Positions 38,201-51,469 of a stretch of DNA of 64,000 bases are shown piece by piece. Below the pieces are notes generated by a model. That model was given only the letters and a program-made list of their open reading frames with translations. It was not told the origin of the DNA and did not search any database. This DNA is from Chiloscyllium plagiosum (lineage: Eukaryota), in NCBI RefSeq assembly GCF_004010195.1, contig NC_057711.1:80810420-80874419 (forward strand). The letters are read 5' to 3'. The translations under genes and the position numbers were made by a program. How positions within the stretch are numbered: position 1 is the first letter of the stretch; every line of letters begins with the position of its first letter.

Positions 38201-39319
38201 TTATTTCTTATTGTGGAGTTTATGTCTTCAGTGGGGATAAAAGAGAGCTTGGAGCAATTGTTGTACAGCCCAAACAAATGTTTTGCAGTTCCAATATGAT
38301 AAGACTAAAATAAATTGAGAGAGATGCAGGGAAGTGGGGACTAGAGATGGTGATGAAGATAAAAGGGAAGAGAGCATGGGAGAGGCAGAAGGGTTAGAAG
38401 TTAGAAGGAATGTGTGTGAAGGTTATAACTTACTGAAAATCTCAATAGTAATGTACAGCTAAAACGGCATGAAAAATGTATTCCTAAATGTCATTGACAT
38501 TGTTTTAGAACAAAATCACTAAAAATAAAATGAAGGTCACCCGTCAGTTTCTCTCATCTAATTGACTGCCAATACTTTACCAGAGGCAATCTAACTGTAG
38601 ATCTATAATTGAGAAATGATGAAAGAAAACTTTTCAAGCAATACACAATTCATTTATCAGCACTAATCCACCGCCTTTATTTTTCAATCTTCAGTTGGAA
38701 TGTAATTTTGAGTCCAGATGGATTAACTAGTCTCTTTGTCTAAAGATGTCATTGGTCTTTGCCAGTGTTAATCCTTACAATGGCATGTCTAATTATCATT
38801 ACAAAGTGCCTCAGAGAACTATAAAAACCAGCAGGGCATCTTCACACAGGCAATTAGCATAAATTGATAAATGAGTAACTTGAATTTGCCAAATCCTCTC
38901 ATGCATGAAGCAAATTAAAATAGAAGTGGGTTGTTTCAGCAACTTCGAAAGTATCAAAATTTACAAAATCCATTCTCATGGCTAACGTGATAGAGGGAAG
39001 GAGAATAAAATCAGAAGCACCAATACTGACAGGACTCATTTCATAAAAATTGTGCAAAATTGACCATTGCGTCAGAATGTTTTAGTTACAAAGACACAGT
39101 ATGAGACACAAGAAATGCCTTGATCAACAAGCAAATTGACTGGCTAAATTTTACTATCTATTAGAAACTATAATTACCAAAGATTAATTACAGATTTTCA
39201 CTTAGTATCAAAGACAACATTATTTTATGGAATAGAAAATAAAATATACTAAGTATATTACCCTAAAGCACCAGCATACAATATATAAATAAAAGTAAGT
39301 GAAAAGATAGTATACACAC

Positions 39320-39349
39320 TGTAAGAGGCAGACTGGGAAGCCCACGTAC
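39320..39349 (-). CDS. TLE1: Alternative 30-nt in-frame extension of the preceding exon via a second 5' splice site
   Basis: After the first donor the frame stays open as [10 protein letters not shown], followed by a second donor ACA|gtgtgt. It resembles the VRGLP.. 10-aa insert of TLE splice variants. Confidence 0.75.
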
Positions 39350-39424
39350 CCCGATGATGCTGTTCAACTCTGCCATGGTCACTTGTTTTGCACGCTCTAC
39401 AGCCTGTGCCACCTGTTGTTGATG
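39350..39424 (-). CDS. TLE1: TLE1 coding exon, end of Q domain (probably exon 6), 75 nt, phase 0/0
   Basis: ttttctttctgtgaaccag|CAT CAA CAA CAG...ATC ATC GGG|gtacgt translates to [25 protein letters not shown], in frame with both neighbouring exons. Confidence 0.95.
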
Positions 39425-40393
39425 CTGGTTCACAGAAAGAAAATTCTTGTGTTAAATTATTATTCTTCATAAATAAATCCTGTTGCATTTAGAAAACTGA
39501 AATATAGATGGAATTCGTTTCATTTATTATGTTGGTGTTGTACAAAAGAGGAACTGTATATATCAAAACATAAGAGACCAAATTCAAAGTCAAGCAGCAT
39601 CCCACATTAATACACCAAAGTACAGTATCACAGATGCAGCAAGAGAAGCCTCAATTAAATGCCCTATCGGTCTGTGTTAGCCTCAACAATAAGTGTCAGT
39701 GAAGTTTTTAACTGAACTAGGCTGTACCATCGTTCAATAACAACAAATACCCAGCAGGAGTCAGTGGTCAGACAACAAGAAAATCACTGGGTTGTCTCTT
39801 TTCATCACCACTTCCACCAAACAGCACAGTATTGATCAAGACTGAAGGGTTATTGTAACATGGATTAATATCCTGGTTGAGATCAATTAATTCTACAGGA
39901 CCAGGAATCAAAGTTGAATTGGTCAGTATGCACATGACACCACATAAATGCAGTTATGTGCATGTGTGCATATGTGTGACAGGTGTGCAGGTACTTGCAT
40001 GTGCATTTACACATGTGTAGGGATAGTTTTGGCACAATCTAATTTGTTTAGGGAACTCAGTTCTTATCAGTTCCTTTGGGACTACTGATGAGGATGTAAA
40101 AAGTGAAAAAACCTATAATTCTTTTTCCTTGTGAATAGTTTTGAAACCAAAAAATGTGAAATGAGGAAAATACAGTTAAAACAAAGGCATTAAAAAAATG
40201 GCAAGTTCTAATATTTGGCAAATTAGTTTCCCCTTGCAATTTACATGAACTACAGTACTCATCATGTTATATTAGAACTTACACTAAAAAACACTCCTCC
40301 CAAAACAGTAACAGAGATATTCACAATAATCATTACCAAAACACAGAACAGAAATGCAACTAAACAACTGAACAATTCAATGAGTTTACTTAC

Positions 40394-40456
40394 TTCCTGA
40401 GACAGAAAGGGAATCACTTGTGCACAAATCGTATTCAGACGTTTCGCTATTTCTGT
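40394..40456 (-). CDS. TLE1: TLE1 (Groucho family) coding exon, Q domain (probably equivalent to mammalian exon 5), 63 nt, phase 0/0
   Basis: Minus strand reads tttttatccag|ACA GAA ATA GCG...TCT CAG GAA|gtaagt and translates to TEIAKRLNTICAQVIPFLSQE, the TLE1 Q-domain segment. Splice sites are canonical. Confidence 0.95.
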
Positions 40457-40684
40457 CTGGATAAAAAGACGACAATTGATTATTTTTTAAAAACTTGTCA
40501 AACATCCAGCAAATGGGAAAACAAACATTAAATTAAGTGACAAATATTTCTCATGTTGTAACTTAAAGTATCCCAAATTAAAAACTACTAATAAGAAACA
40601 ACTTTCTGATCAGCATGAGCACAGTGAAAGGTCAACTGAACAGAAGTTTTTTTTGAATTTTAATGCAAAATAAAAGTGTTATCG

Positions 40685-40885
40685 AGTCAGAGTCACACAG
40701 CACGGAACCAGTCCATACCAAACATAATCCTAAACTAAACTAGTCCCACCTGTCTGCTTCTGACTCATACCTCCAAACCTTTCCTATTCATGTAATTAAT
40801 TACTGCCTCTTAAACATTGTTAAGTGTGTCCACATCCATCACTTCCGCAGGAAGGTCATTCTACACGCAAACCACTCTCTTCTTT
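40685..40885 (-). mobile_element. CR1 3'-end fragment
   Basis: Collinear with 12095-12320. Confidence 0.75.
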
Positions 40886-41771
40886 GAAAATGCTAAGTTG
40901 CCAAACAAAACATGATGTTACTTTCAATATTTTCCATGGATTTTATTATGCCTGGATGATATACAGAGATGACACCAGTTTCCAAACCTAAGCAATGCTT
41001 GTTAAAACAATCTGCTTTCTCATACTTATAGCTTATTATTTTCAGTTTAGTTTTTGTTCTTGGTAACAATACCCAGACTTGACTGTCCAGTCAACAGAAA
41101 CGTTCATTGTTTCATTCACTGGTCAGATTATACACCTTTCTATCAACTTCATCATTCTTAAAATAGCATGTTGAACTTTATAGAAAGGTGTAATCTGACC
41201 AGTCTCTGCAGTTTAACCACCACTTCCTGACTAAAATGCTACTGTTTTGCTTATGTATCAAATGCTATTGGTCTGGTTGGTTGGACATGTTTAGCATCAA
41301 GACTAACAAGACTCCAAGGTTTCCTACAACTACTTATTTTGCAATTCAACACCATTTATGGAATATTCAAGTTGCTCTTTATGTTTTTACTTTGTTACAT
41401 TGTTCTGTCCATTTACAAATTTTGTCCACGTGTCCTGTAAATTCAGCTGCCTCCTTATGACTCCACCATTTCCCCATAATTTATCTACAAAACTAACAAG
41501 TTAAGTTTCTGAATCTGATTTACTTACATAAATCCAAAGCAAAAACAGTAATATCCAGGACATCCCATTCAGAAATGCAAGGTCCTCCACTACCGCACCC
41601 AATTTGGTTCCTTTAAGCTCATAACACTGAATGTAAGTGTACGTATTCTTATGAGACTGTCAGGTTTCCAAATTAGAAAAAGTTTCTGCACCTTTTATGT
41701 CTTTTTAAATACTGTGACCATCACCACAGTTTCATAGGGTGGATATGGGGATTGAAAGATATATGAGGGAA

Positions 41772-41918
41772 AGAGAGAGAGACAGAGACACAGAGAGACA
41801 GAGACACAGAGANNNNNNNNNNNNNNNNNNNNNNNNNNNNAGACAGAGAGACAGAGAGAGACAGAGAGAGAGAGAGACAGAGAGAGAGAGAGACAGAGAG
41901 AGAGAGAGAGACAGAGAG
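41772..41918. repeat. (AG)n/(AGAC)n microsatellite containing a 28-N gap (41813-41840)
   Basis: Directly visible. Confidence 0.95.
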
Positions 41919-42024
41919 GTGCAATGAATTGATCCTTACAAGTGGAAAAACCATACTTGGTGGGACCACAAACTCAGCAATTAGTTCAAACAAGCTCCAT
42001 TCCCTTGTGATTTTGGAGAAAATT

Positions 42025-42615
42025 TGAAGACACAACACACCCAGAGACTCTAGCCACCCTGCCATACATTAAAGAGATGACGACCAGACTACTACTGCCC
42101 CTAATCATCATGGTAGCCCACAAACCTACAACCACACTGAAACAGCTCCCAACCACCAGCAGAACAAACATCATATACAAACTACCCTGCAATGACTGCA
42201 ACAATCATTACATTGGACAAAACGGGCAGGAAATTAGCCACCAGGATACATGAGCACCAACTACCCACCAAAAGACCTGACCAATTTTCGCTAGTATCCA
42301 TACACAAAGACAGAGAGGGACACCAGTTCAACAGGGACAATACATCAATCTTGGGACAGGCTAAACAAAGACACGCATGGGAATTCCGAGGTCTGGAGTT
42401 CAGACCAGAAATCCATTGACAAACATATCGATTTGGACCCCATTTACCAACCTCTCAGAAGAACTGGAACAGACTACAACAGACCAAGAGACATAAATAG
42501 AAAGCAGGACACAAAACACCAGGGCTTCATCTGAGGCTCACTGATAATGTTACCTAGCATGGGGACAGAAGGTGGAGAACAAACCTACCAGCTCAGCGAG
42601 CAAGCTTAAAACCAA
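42025..42615 (+). mobile_element. Penelope-like element 3' fragment with GIY-YIG endonuclease
   Basis: Translates to TLPYIKE and RTNIIYKLPCNDCNNHYIGQ-(frameshift)-TGRKLATRIHEHQL. A degenerate CTGATAA...hammerhead-like motif starts at 42541. Confidence 0.85.
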
Positions 42616-44079
42616 AGCCCCATTTTCATTGATGTCCAACATATGAGTTATGAACTTTTAAAATACTATTGAAGAGCAGATAAGGTATGCAAGCTATCAA
42701 GTTATTCAAACAGCCAGACATTTAACTGCCAGAGCTGAAAATGATGTTTGCTAGCAATTTCAACTGCTGTTTAATTAAAAAACACAAACTTTATAGTGTT
42801 AGTCACCTGACCTTTCACATTTGCATAATGAGTCTCCACCCTTAACACTCCATTTGGACAGGGACATATCCATGAACAATAAAACATCTGTACTTATGAT
42901 CCCACAAAGTTAGCTAATGTTTTTAATAACCTCTTCGAACTGATGTAAGTTGTATCTGAAAACATATGTTTGATTCCTTTAAATTTTCATGGGTCGGTCA
43001 CTGCCTAGGCTATTGTCCTGAAGGTAGTTCAGAGTCAACAGTTGTGTGGTCTGGAGTCACAAGTCGGTCAGGACAGGCAAGGAGAACAGATTTCCTCCTT
43101 AAAAGAATATTGGTGATCTAGTTTATTTTTATGACAAATCGACAGTAGTTACAAAGTTGCAATTCAACCAGCAATTTATCCCCAGATTTTGTACCACCAT
43201 GAATTTCAAACCATAATCGCAGAAGGTTAGCTTACGGATTTGGATTGTAAACCCAGAAATATCGACACAACACCATCAGCTGCGCACTAGTATTGAATCG
43301 ATTTAAATGTATTGGATGGGCTTTCATGACAAAAAGGCTTTTTTTTTTAAATCCAATTTTGTAATAGAAATGTAGAATTTTATTTAATTCCAACATATTC
43401 TTTAGTCCTACTCATTAGATATTAGGCATAGAGCATACAAGATCAAAAGGGTGAAGGGTGTGGGCAGAGGTAGCATTAAGTTGGTATAGTGGGTATATAG
43501 GACCATGGGGTGGTGTGGTATGAGTTGGCATGCATGTGCAAAAGTGGGAAATGGGGACAAAAGGGAGAAGGGCTCGAGGACACACTGTTTAAGAACAGAA
43601 AAAAACCTGAGTTTAAGTCCAATAGAACAGATGCCTGATTTGACATTCATAACAATATGCTATCGGAGCCAAACTTATAGCCAGGGCCTACTGACTCAGC
43701 ACTTACGTTTTCAAATTTAAACAAAATATAAGCCCCTTTATACAGATCTGCATTTGGACACTACCTTGTAGAAAGGAAAAAAACACGAAAGACTTAGGAA
43801 TCAGACAAAACCATAACATATACAGAAACAACTATATGCTTTGGATAAATTTCCCAGAATTCCATTGAAGTATTACAGCCATTTGCATATACACAGAAGT
43901 TTAATGAGCACTTTCTACCTTTAATTACATGGAAACACATACACTGAAAATCAACCTCACTCCCATCCTTCATTATAAGATAATCACTTACAGTAGAATA
44001 AACATTTATGCAATAACCACAAGTGGTCATATCAAATCCCAAATCATACCCCTGATATAGGCTGAGAACAGTGATAGGA

Positions 44080-45434
44080 GTACTGAATTCCAGGCATGAG
44101 AAGAAAGTGTTGGTGTCATAAGGCAGCATTAACTACTAATCTTACAGTAAAAGGAACAATTAAATCATAATGTAAATAAATCCTATATCAAATTTGAAAG
44201 TCATTTGGTCGAGTCTAGAAAAAAAAAAATTGTACCTAACTGAAGTCAATGCACTTAGAAATCATTGTATGGTAACAAAGAAATAACCGAGGTTTCGTGA
44301 AAAGTAAATCAAACAATCTCACTTGTGAGATTTACTAGATTTTTAGGCCAGCAATATTAGCCAGCATTAACCATGAGCCCAAAACTTCCCCATTTCTGAC
44401 TTCATTATTGAGGGAAGGTCAGTGATGAAGCATTTGAAAATGGTTGGTCCTAGGACACTACCCTGAGGAACTGGTTCTTGTCTCTCAGTGGTAGAGTCCC
44501 AACCTCTCTGCCAGGAAGCCCAGGTTCAAGTTCCACCTGCTTCAGGGGTGTGAAATAACATCTCTGAACAGGTTGATAAAACAAAACTTATTGACCCAGA
44601 GGAACTCCTGCAACAATTTACCAGGGAGCAAATGACAGAACTCCAACAACCACAAGCACTGAAACAGTGTTCCATCCAAATTTTATCAGCATGTAGCAGC
44701 TCCGAAGATCCAATGCAGGTGAAGTAAAAGTCAGCTTTGCAAGTTATGATGGGATTTTCATAGTCATGCAACAAAATTCAAAAGGAGCCTTAAATGTCAA
44801 ATCACACACACATTCCAAAGAAAATCATTAGAGGCACATTGCTGCAGTTATTGATGAGTTGGCAATCCACTGCTTTCATGGCCATTTTTCGTCTTGCACG
44901 GCCACAGTTGTAAGGAGCAAAAGTTATTCTGCTCTACAATGTGAGAAATTGCCCTGCTATTTGATTTACAAACATCAGAACAAATTTAATCCAGCCAAGT
45001 GACCCGTCAGCCTACTCTTAATTATTGACAAAGTGATGAATAGAATCATCAACAATGTTATCAAGCATTTTTTAATCACCAATAAACTGTTCACTAAAGA
45101 CAGTTGAATTTCATCAGGATGACTTAGTTCCAGACCTTATTATAGCCTTGCTTCAAAACAAAAATGACAGAGGTTCTGATTTCCAGACATAAGAAAGCAT
45201 TGATGTCATAAGGCAGCATTCAATACTAATCGTACAGTAAAAGGAACAATTAAGTCATCATAATGTAATTAAATTCTATATCAAATTTGACAGTCATATA
45301 GCCAAGTCTAGCAAAAAAAAATTATACCTAACTAAAGTCAATGCACTTAGAAAATCATTGTATGGTAAAAATGAACCAAACAAGGCTTCGTGAAAAGTAA
45401 ATCAATCTCACTTGCAAAATTTACTAAATTTTAG
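44080..45434 (+). repeat. Diverged local direct duplication of about 265 bp (44080-44346 and 45173-45434)
   Basis: Both copies share TGTCATAAGGCAGCATT, ACAGTAAAAGGAACAATTAA, AAGTCAATGCACTTAGAAA and TTCGTGAAAAGTAAATCAA in the same order. Confidence 0.9.
44473..44593 (+). mobile_element. Short tRNA-like SINE with 13-bp TSD
   Basis: CTCAGTGGTAGAG (A-box-like) and GGTTCAAGTTCC (B-box-like). ACCCTGAGGAACT (44460-44472) versus ACCCAGAGGAACT (44594-44606). Related copies at about 9035-9140 (-) and 60860-60940 (+). Confidence 0.65.
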
Positions 45435-46290
45435 AAGCTATAGTGAGCACTGTTTATAAAGAGAAGCTAGTTGATGTAATGTGTTTAGATTTCCAAAAGC
45501 ATTTGAAAAGGTGCATATAAAAGATTATTAAACAACAACTCATGGAAGTAGGAGTAATGTTTTAACATACGGATTGAGGACTGGTTAATGAACAGATATA
45601 CTGCAGGGGAAAAACAGTACTTTCAAACTGGCAGGTTGTGCAAAGTGAAATGGTGCAAGGATTACGTTAAAGAGACATAGTAAATTTGCCAATGAAACAA
45701 AACAAATTAGAATGTAAACTGTGAGGAGGACAACCAAGAGCTTACCAAAGAGGTACGGACAGGTTGAGTGATTAAGAAACAAAGTGGGAAATGAAGCATA
45801 ATGCAAAGAAGTGATAGGCTATTCGCTTTGGTCATAAAAATAGAAATGCGTTTTTTTTCTAAAAAGGTATGAAACTTCTAAACATTGATGTTCAGAGAGT
45901 GTGTACATATGAAGACAAAACTACAGAAAGCAATTAGAAAGGCACATGAATGCTGACCTATTATTGGAAGAATGGGGTTGGGGGGAGTGGCTGGCGGAAT
46001 GGTTTAGAAGGCAAAAAAGAAATTTGTTACAATTGTATATAGCTTTGAGACTACACTTGCGAGTAGTGTGCGCACAATTGGCCTCCATATTGGAAGTAAT
46101 ACAGAAAGATTCACCACTTTCTGGGATCAGAGTATTCTCCAACAATGAGAGACTGATGCTTTATATCATTGACTCTAGGCAATCACATAGATCGGAAATA
46201 AAACAAATACCTTCAAGCAGGGACAGTGAACCTATAGAATTCTCAACCACTGAGGGTTATGGTTGCTCTATCACTTCATAAAAATTAATT
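45370..46290 (+). mobile_element. Old, heavily decayed CR1 RT fragment
   Basis: GATGTAATGTGTTTAGATTTCCAAAAGCATTTGAAAAGGTG (DV..LDFQKAF.KV-like, with a frameshift). Confidence 0.7.
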
Positions 46291-47560
46291 CATAGAGGGT
46301 GGTAATTATTGGCTAGCCAGCCTTTATTGCTCAGCTTGAAATGATTGCAGTGAGTGGCCTTCCTGAACTGCTACAATCCATTTCGATTAGCTAAACCCAT
46401 GTGCAGTTAGGGAGGATTTTTGACTCAGCAATAACGAACATAAATATATATTTCCAGCTAAGGATGGTGAACAGTTCGGAGGAGGACTTGCAGATTGCTT
46501 CCATGTATCTCTGCCCTTGTCTTTTTCAATGATAGCAGCTGTAGGTTTGGAAGGTACTAGCGAAGGAGTCTTGGTGAATATTTGCAGTGCATCTTGTCAA
46601 TGTGACATGCTACTGCTAGTAAGAGTCAGTGGTGGGGAGCGGGTGTTTGCTGATGTGGTGCCAATCAAATAGATCACCTTGTCCTGAATGGTGTGAAGAT
46701 TCCTAACTGTTGTTGGAGCTGCACTCATTTAAGCAAGTGGGGAGTGTTCCATCAAACTCCTCTCTTATGCCTTGGGAAGCAGTGAATAGACTTTGGAAAG
46801 TCAAGTCAAGTGGCGAGTTACTCATTGTAGGATTCCTCACCTCTGACCAGTCCTTGTAGCTACACATTCATACGGTTAGTCCAGTTCAGTTTCTGATCAA
46901 TGGTGATTTCCAGGATCTTGATAGTAGAGGATTCAGCAATGGTGATGGTTAGACTCTCTCTTGTTAGAGATGATGACTGCCTGGCATTAGTATGGTGTGA
47001 AAATACTTGCTACTGCCATCCCAAATCTGGATATTTTTCACATCTTGATGCACTTAGACATGGTCTGCTGCAGTATCTGATGAGTTGCAAATGGTGATGA
47101 ACATTTTGTATGCACATGACCCTCCAAGAGGGAAGGTCACTGATTAAGTAGCTGAATATGTCTGGGAGCAGGACACTATCCCAAGAAAGTCATACACAGA
47201 TCCCCTGAAGCGGAGATGACTGACCTCGAACAACCCTAACCTTTGTGTCAGATATGACACCAAACAGTGGAGTTTTCCAGATTCCCATTGACTCCTTGAT
47301 CCCACACTCAGTCAAGAGTAATCTCTCACCTCATCCCTGGCAATCAGCTCTTTTGTCTATGTTTGAACCAAGACTATATTGAAGTCAGGACCCATGTGAT
47401 CCTGCTAGAACACAAACTGATCATCACTCGACAAAGTTATCACGAACTAAGTACTGCTTGATAACCGTGTTGATGATACTTTCCATTATGTTACCAAAGA
47501 TTGAGAATAAACTGATGGGACAGTAGTTGGCAGAGTTGGATTTGTCCCGTTTTTAGTTTA
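46290..47560 (-). mobile_element. Decayed L2-like LINE
   Basis: Reverse-complement similarity to 14700-16200. Confidence 0.65.
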
Positions 47561-48914
47561 TTGGAGATCTTGATTTATTTGGCCAGATAAGTACAAAATA
47601 AAAGTTTTTATAAACATTGTCTCTGTCTCAACACTATTCAAGCTCTATATGACCAAACAATTGTTTACCAGAAACATCAACTGGTATCGGTTATAGCTGA
47701 TATGAGGGGTAAGGTGACAAATTAGCAGTGACCTCATTGATGGATGAAAAAGGCTGAAGGAGCTAACTGACCTACTATGTGCAAAGATATAGAGAGCAAT
47801 ATATTAAGCATGAAGTATTTCATTCAAAATAAAATTAAACATGGTCTCAAAAGATTCACAACTTCAAGCGATCTTAAACAGTAAATTATACAGGTTTGAT
47901 TGGTTTGGATTAAAAAAAAAAGAGATCAACAACAACAGTTTTAACAAAATAATGCAATGGCTTATCTACCTGTTCCAAGATTTGATAAAACCATTAAAGG
48001 ATTGTGTGCCTGATGAATGCAAGTATAATAATTAATACTTGTAAATTCATCCTTCAGGAGATGAGGAATAGGAGTGTTGCAATTATGGACACCTACATCA
48101 CTTTTGGAGAAAGGTGGATTTAGAGCACTCACAAAATGAAACCTCACCTTTCCTGAAACATGGAAAAGAACAATCAGACAAATTTGATTATTTTTATGCT
48201 GTGGTCACAATAAGGAATTCGGGGAGGGGGAGCAATACGCAGATTTTTTTTTCAAAAAAGGAAAAATCAACAGATTTCAGGCAGTCATGTATATATCTAT
48301 CATGAGGTTATTGACACATTTCGATGTTATTGCTGATTACCCCCAAAGCAACTAGGTCCATTCACTCAAGTCTTTGCACAGCTTCTGTCTCCCTTCAAAA
48401 ACTATTACCATTGCCTCCTCTGCAAGTCTGACAATGATCCAATAGCTAATATACCACTGTAAACCTGGAGGATTTCGTACGTAAAATGGATAGCTTTAGA
48501 GTTTTGTTCTATCTCCTTCTTTAAAGTTGACTTTGGTACCATCTATATCTTATACAGATAAAAAAAATCTGACCGAGTAGAAGGCATTTTTCAGGTTACA
48601 CCGGCATAGGAAGTGTAGATACGGAGTTCATTCTGAAACTAATACAAAAAGCTGGTTCATGCATCTCAGAGTTGGCTATAATCTGCTTGCTACTTGTTTG
48701 AAAAAGAGCAATATCAAAGCCCTTTGAAGGAAGTGATGAGCACGACGAGTTGGTATTGTTCTAATTGAAGTGCAGTTACCAATGCTAGAATAATATGCAT
48801 AAATGCTAAGTACTGCAACTTTGAATGAAACATACCCAAACAATTGAAAAGTGTGAAAAATGAGCAGTCATAATCCCAAATACCTTAGAAACTACACACT
48901 TCAATAGTATCCTC

Positions 48915-49325
48915 CATGGCTCAACGGTGGCACTTCTGTCACAGCTTCACTCAAGAGACTGGAGCTCAGAATCTAAACCAACACATGTGCAATAACAAGA
49001 GATTGCTATACTGTGTTTCATATGGGATATTAGGGCAAATGGTGTCTTTATTTCTTACGTAGACATAAAAGAGCCTATTGCACTACTTCATGGCACTGTA
49101 GTATTGCCAGTATGCTGGCCAATATTTATCACTCAAATAACATCATAAAAGAGTGTCTGGTCATTATCTCAGTGCTACTTGTGGGACCTCACTGTGCGAC
49201 CATGCTTCCTGCAATACTGATTGTATTTAACAATTACCTCATTGGCTGTAAAACACTTTGCTCAATTTGGGACTTCCTGAAGTCACAAAAGACACTGTAC
49301 ACATGTACAAAATGCTTTATTTCCC
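48915..49325 (+). mobile_element. Deu-domain SINE (SacSINE1/AmnSINE1-like), old copy
   Basis: CTGGCCAATATTTATCACTCAA, TCTGGTCATTATCTCAGTGCT, TGTGGGA and CTCATTGGCTGTAAAACACTTTG occur in the order recalled for the Deu domain and its tail. Confidence 0.7.
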
Positions 49326-50490
49326 AGTATTTCACAAACTGGTAAAACACATATTTAAGAACACAAAAAAGGATCTAGAACCAATTGTGACACTAGCTAA
49401 ATTAAGCTTGAGTTTGACTTGCTTGATGATTCCACTAAAGAAACACAAAGCATGTTTCACAAGGTTTTCATCAGAATTTCATTTTTACATTGTATAAAAT
49501 CACTTCACATCATAGAATCTTCCTTATAACTTCAAGCTGACCAACATGAAAATTAATTACCTATTTCATTGTTAGAGTGGTCGAGGGACTTGCCTGCTTG
49601 TTGAAAAGAAACAGAGCCAAAAGTGCCTTCAAGAGAATATGGAGCAGAAATCATGAAATTATTAAAAATAAATTTTAAAAGATACTTCATTTGAACAATG
49701 TAGTTCAAGTTTCCAACACATTTTGTAGAAATGACAGCTTCAGGTATGCATATTGATTAAAATATATTTATTCTTTCTTTTACGTATTTGAATTTTGTTT
49801 TCAAAGCTGCATGACCAGAGCTTGGCAGCACTAAGTGCATTACGCTTATTCACTCTCAAGGCAGATTTTGAACCCATTGACAAGAGGAAGCTCTTGTATA
49901 TGTCTGGCAGCTCTTAGCCCAGAATCTCAAGTACTCTTCATTGTTTGTGTTCCTAATGCAGAACTCTTGAAACATGCCAGAATGTTTGCATTCATTTTTA
50001 ATAGCAAGCTTAAGAGCAAGGCCTATCAAAAGAATGACAAAGCAATTCCATTCATCAGTTCCTGCTACAGCAATGATGGCCTTTTGATTTATTCACAAAT
50101 GACAAGCTCAGCAAGCCCCTTACTGAAGTACTTTCGTCTTTTTGAGAATCATTAGAATTAACATGAAGGAATTCTGCTATATTTTACATAATCAATGAGC
50201 ATATGACACTTTCTATTGTTGGTTCAGTTCTCACTAATTGCCAGCTTACAGCACTGACCTACTTGCTTTCAGGCAAGCTTAAAATATTTGCTGCACACCC
50301 CATATTCATTACGTAACTACAAAATGTAAAGGGACAACTAAGAATATCAAGATAGCTTAAACTGATATTTGAACAGAAATAAGGAATACCTCAAGCATAA
50401 TTGCATTTATGCATGACAAACAATAAAGCCTCAGAATTTGCAAAAAGCGGCAAAGTAGTGATGTTGGTAGTCACCAGTGAATTCAAAGCA

Positions 50491-50703
50491 CAGTTGGTTC
50501 CGCTATAACATGGTAGTTCCATTGTCATGCAATCCCTTGTTATCAGAAAAAATCATGTAACAACAGCAGCACTGAAACTAATGGGACTGGAACTACCAAT
50601 ACATGCTTTCAAAGTTTACGGTGTAGAAATAGTGTCCCCAATTTGTCAATCGCGTTATAGAGAATTCACATTAATGAAACACACTGTATAGCTGAACAAC
50701 CTG
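50491..50703. mobile_element. Tc1/pogo(Tigger)-type MITE
   Basis: Left end CAGTTGGTTCCGCTATAAC; right end reverse-complements to CAGGTTGTTCAGCTATAC. Followed by TA and preceded by CA. Confidence 0.7.
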
Positions 50704-51469
50704 TAAGTTGTCCACAAAGTTCCTGTGAGCTTTGCAGTATGGATGTCACCTTTGTCAACATTAATTTCATTCAGGTGCCAAGTATAGGAGGCTTCTGCTG
50801 TCAAGTCATAGAGGAGACCATCACAATGAAGAATTCTTTCAAATAGCAAATCATGAAGCAGTTTCAATTGTTCATTTTTATGAATTTAAAGAAATGGAAT
50901 GAAAGATTATAACATAAGATTAAAACATAAAACAGAAACATCACACAAAAAGGAGAATAAAAATACATTTTGCAAATATAAAACATGTTCACCGAAGCCA
51001 GAGACGTTATTCAAAAGTAATTACAAATTGACACACTTAAAAACCCAGTTACATTTCATTCAAAGTGTACCTTTGTCAAGGGTTGCTATGGGTAGAGAAT
51101 AGTATAAAAATGAAAGCTCACATCAATTCAGTACTATCTACCCTATTTCCATCTGCTCGAAATTAAACAGCACAATCTACAGAGCAGCAGGGAATCACTG
51201 ACAGCAACTTCTGGATTTCTGCATTCAGCTCTCCATATTTGTTCTCCAAAGGTTATAGTCAATTTTACAAAAAAAAAAGCAATTGTAAATGACTTCTGCC
51301 ATAATTCAAACTGCAAATCCAGGTCAATAATTAATTATACCTTCTTTTGACAGTAATCTGTTAGCTGAAATATATATTCCATAAACTTATACTGAACTCA
51401 ACTTGCACGCAGTCTGATATTTATAGGTGTTAACTTCCTGAATGTTTTGCCACACAAGAATTGCAATAT

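Noticed and set aside
39945..40020. TGCATG motifs as Rbfox sites between the two Q-domain exons
   Set aside because: They are on the plus strand; the TLE1 pre-mRNA reads CATGCA. The stretch is low-complexity purine-pyrimidine alternation.
41721..42065. Ser/Leu-rich and Arg/Glu-rich ORFs
   Set aside because: Translations of the AG microsatellite and its N gap.
44080..45434. Direct repeats as the LTR pair of a retro-element
   Set aside because: No TG...CA ends, primer-binding site or polypurine tract was seen, and the repeat unit contains CR1 RT sequence.
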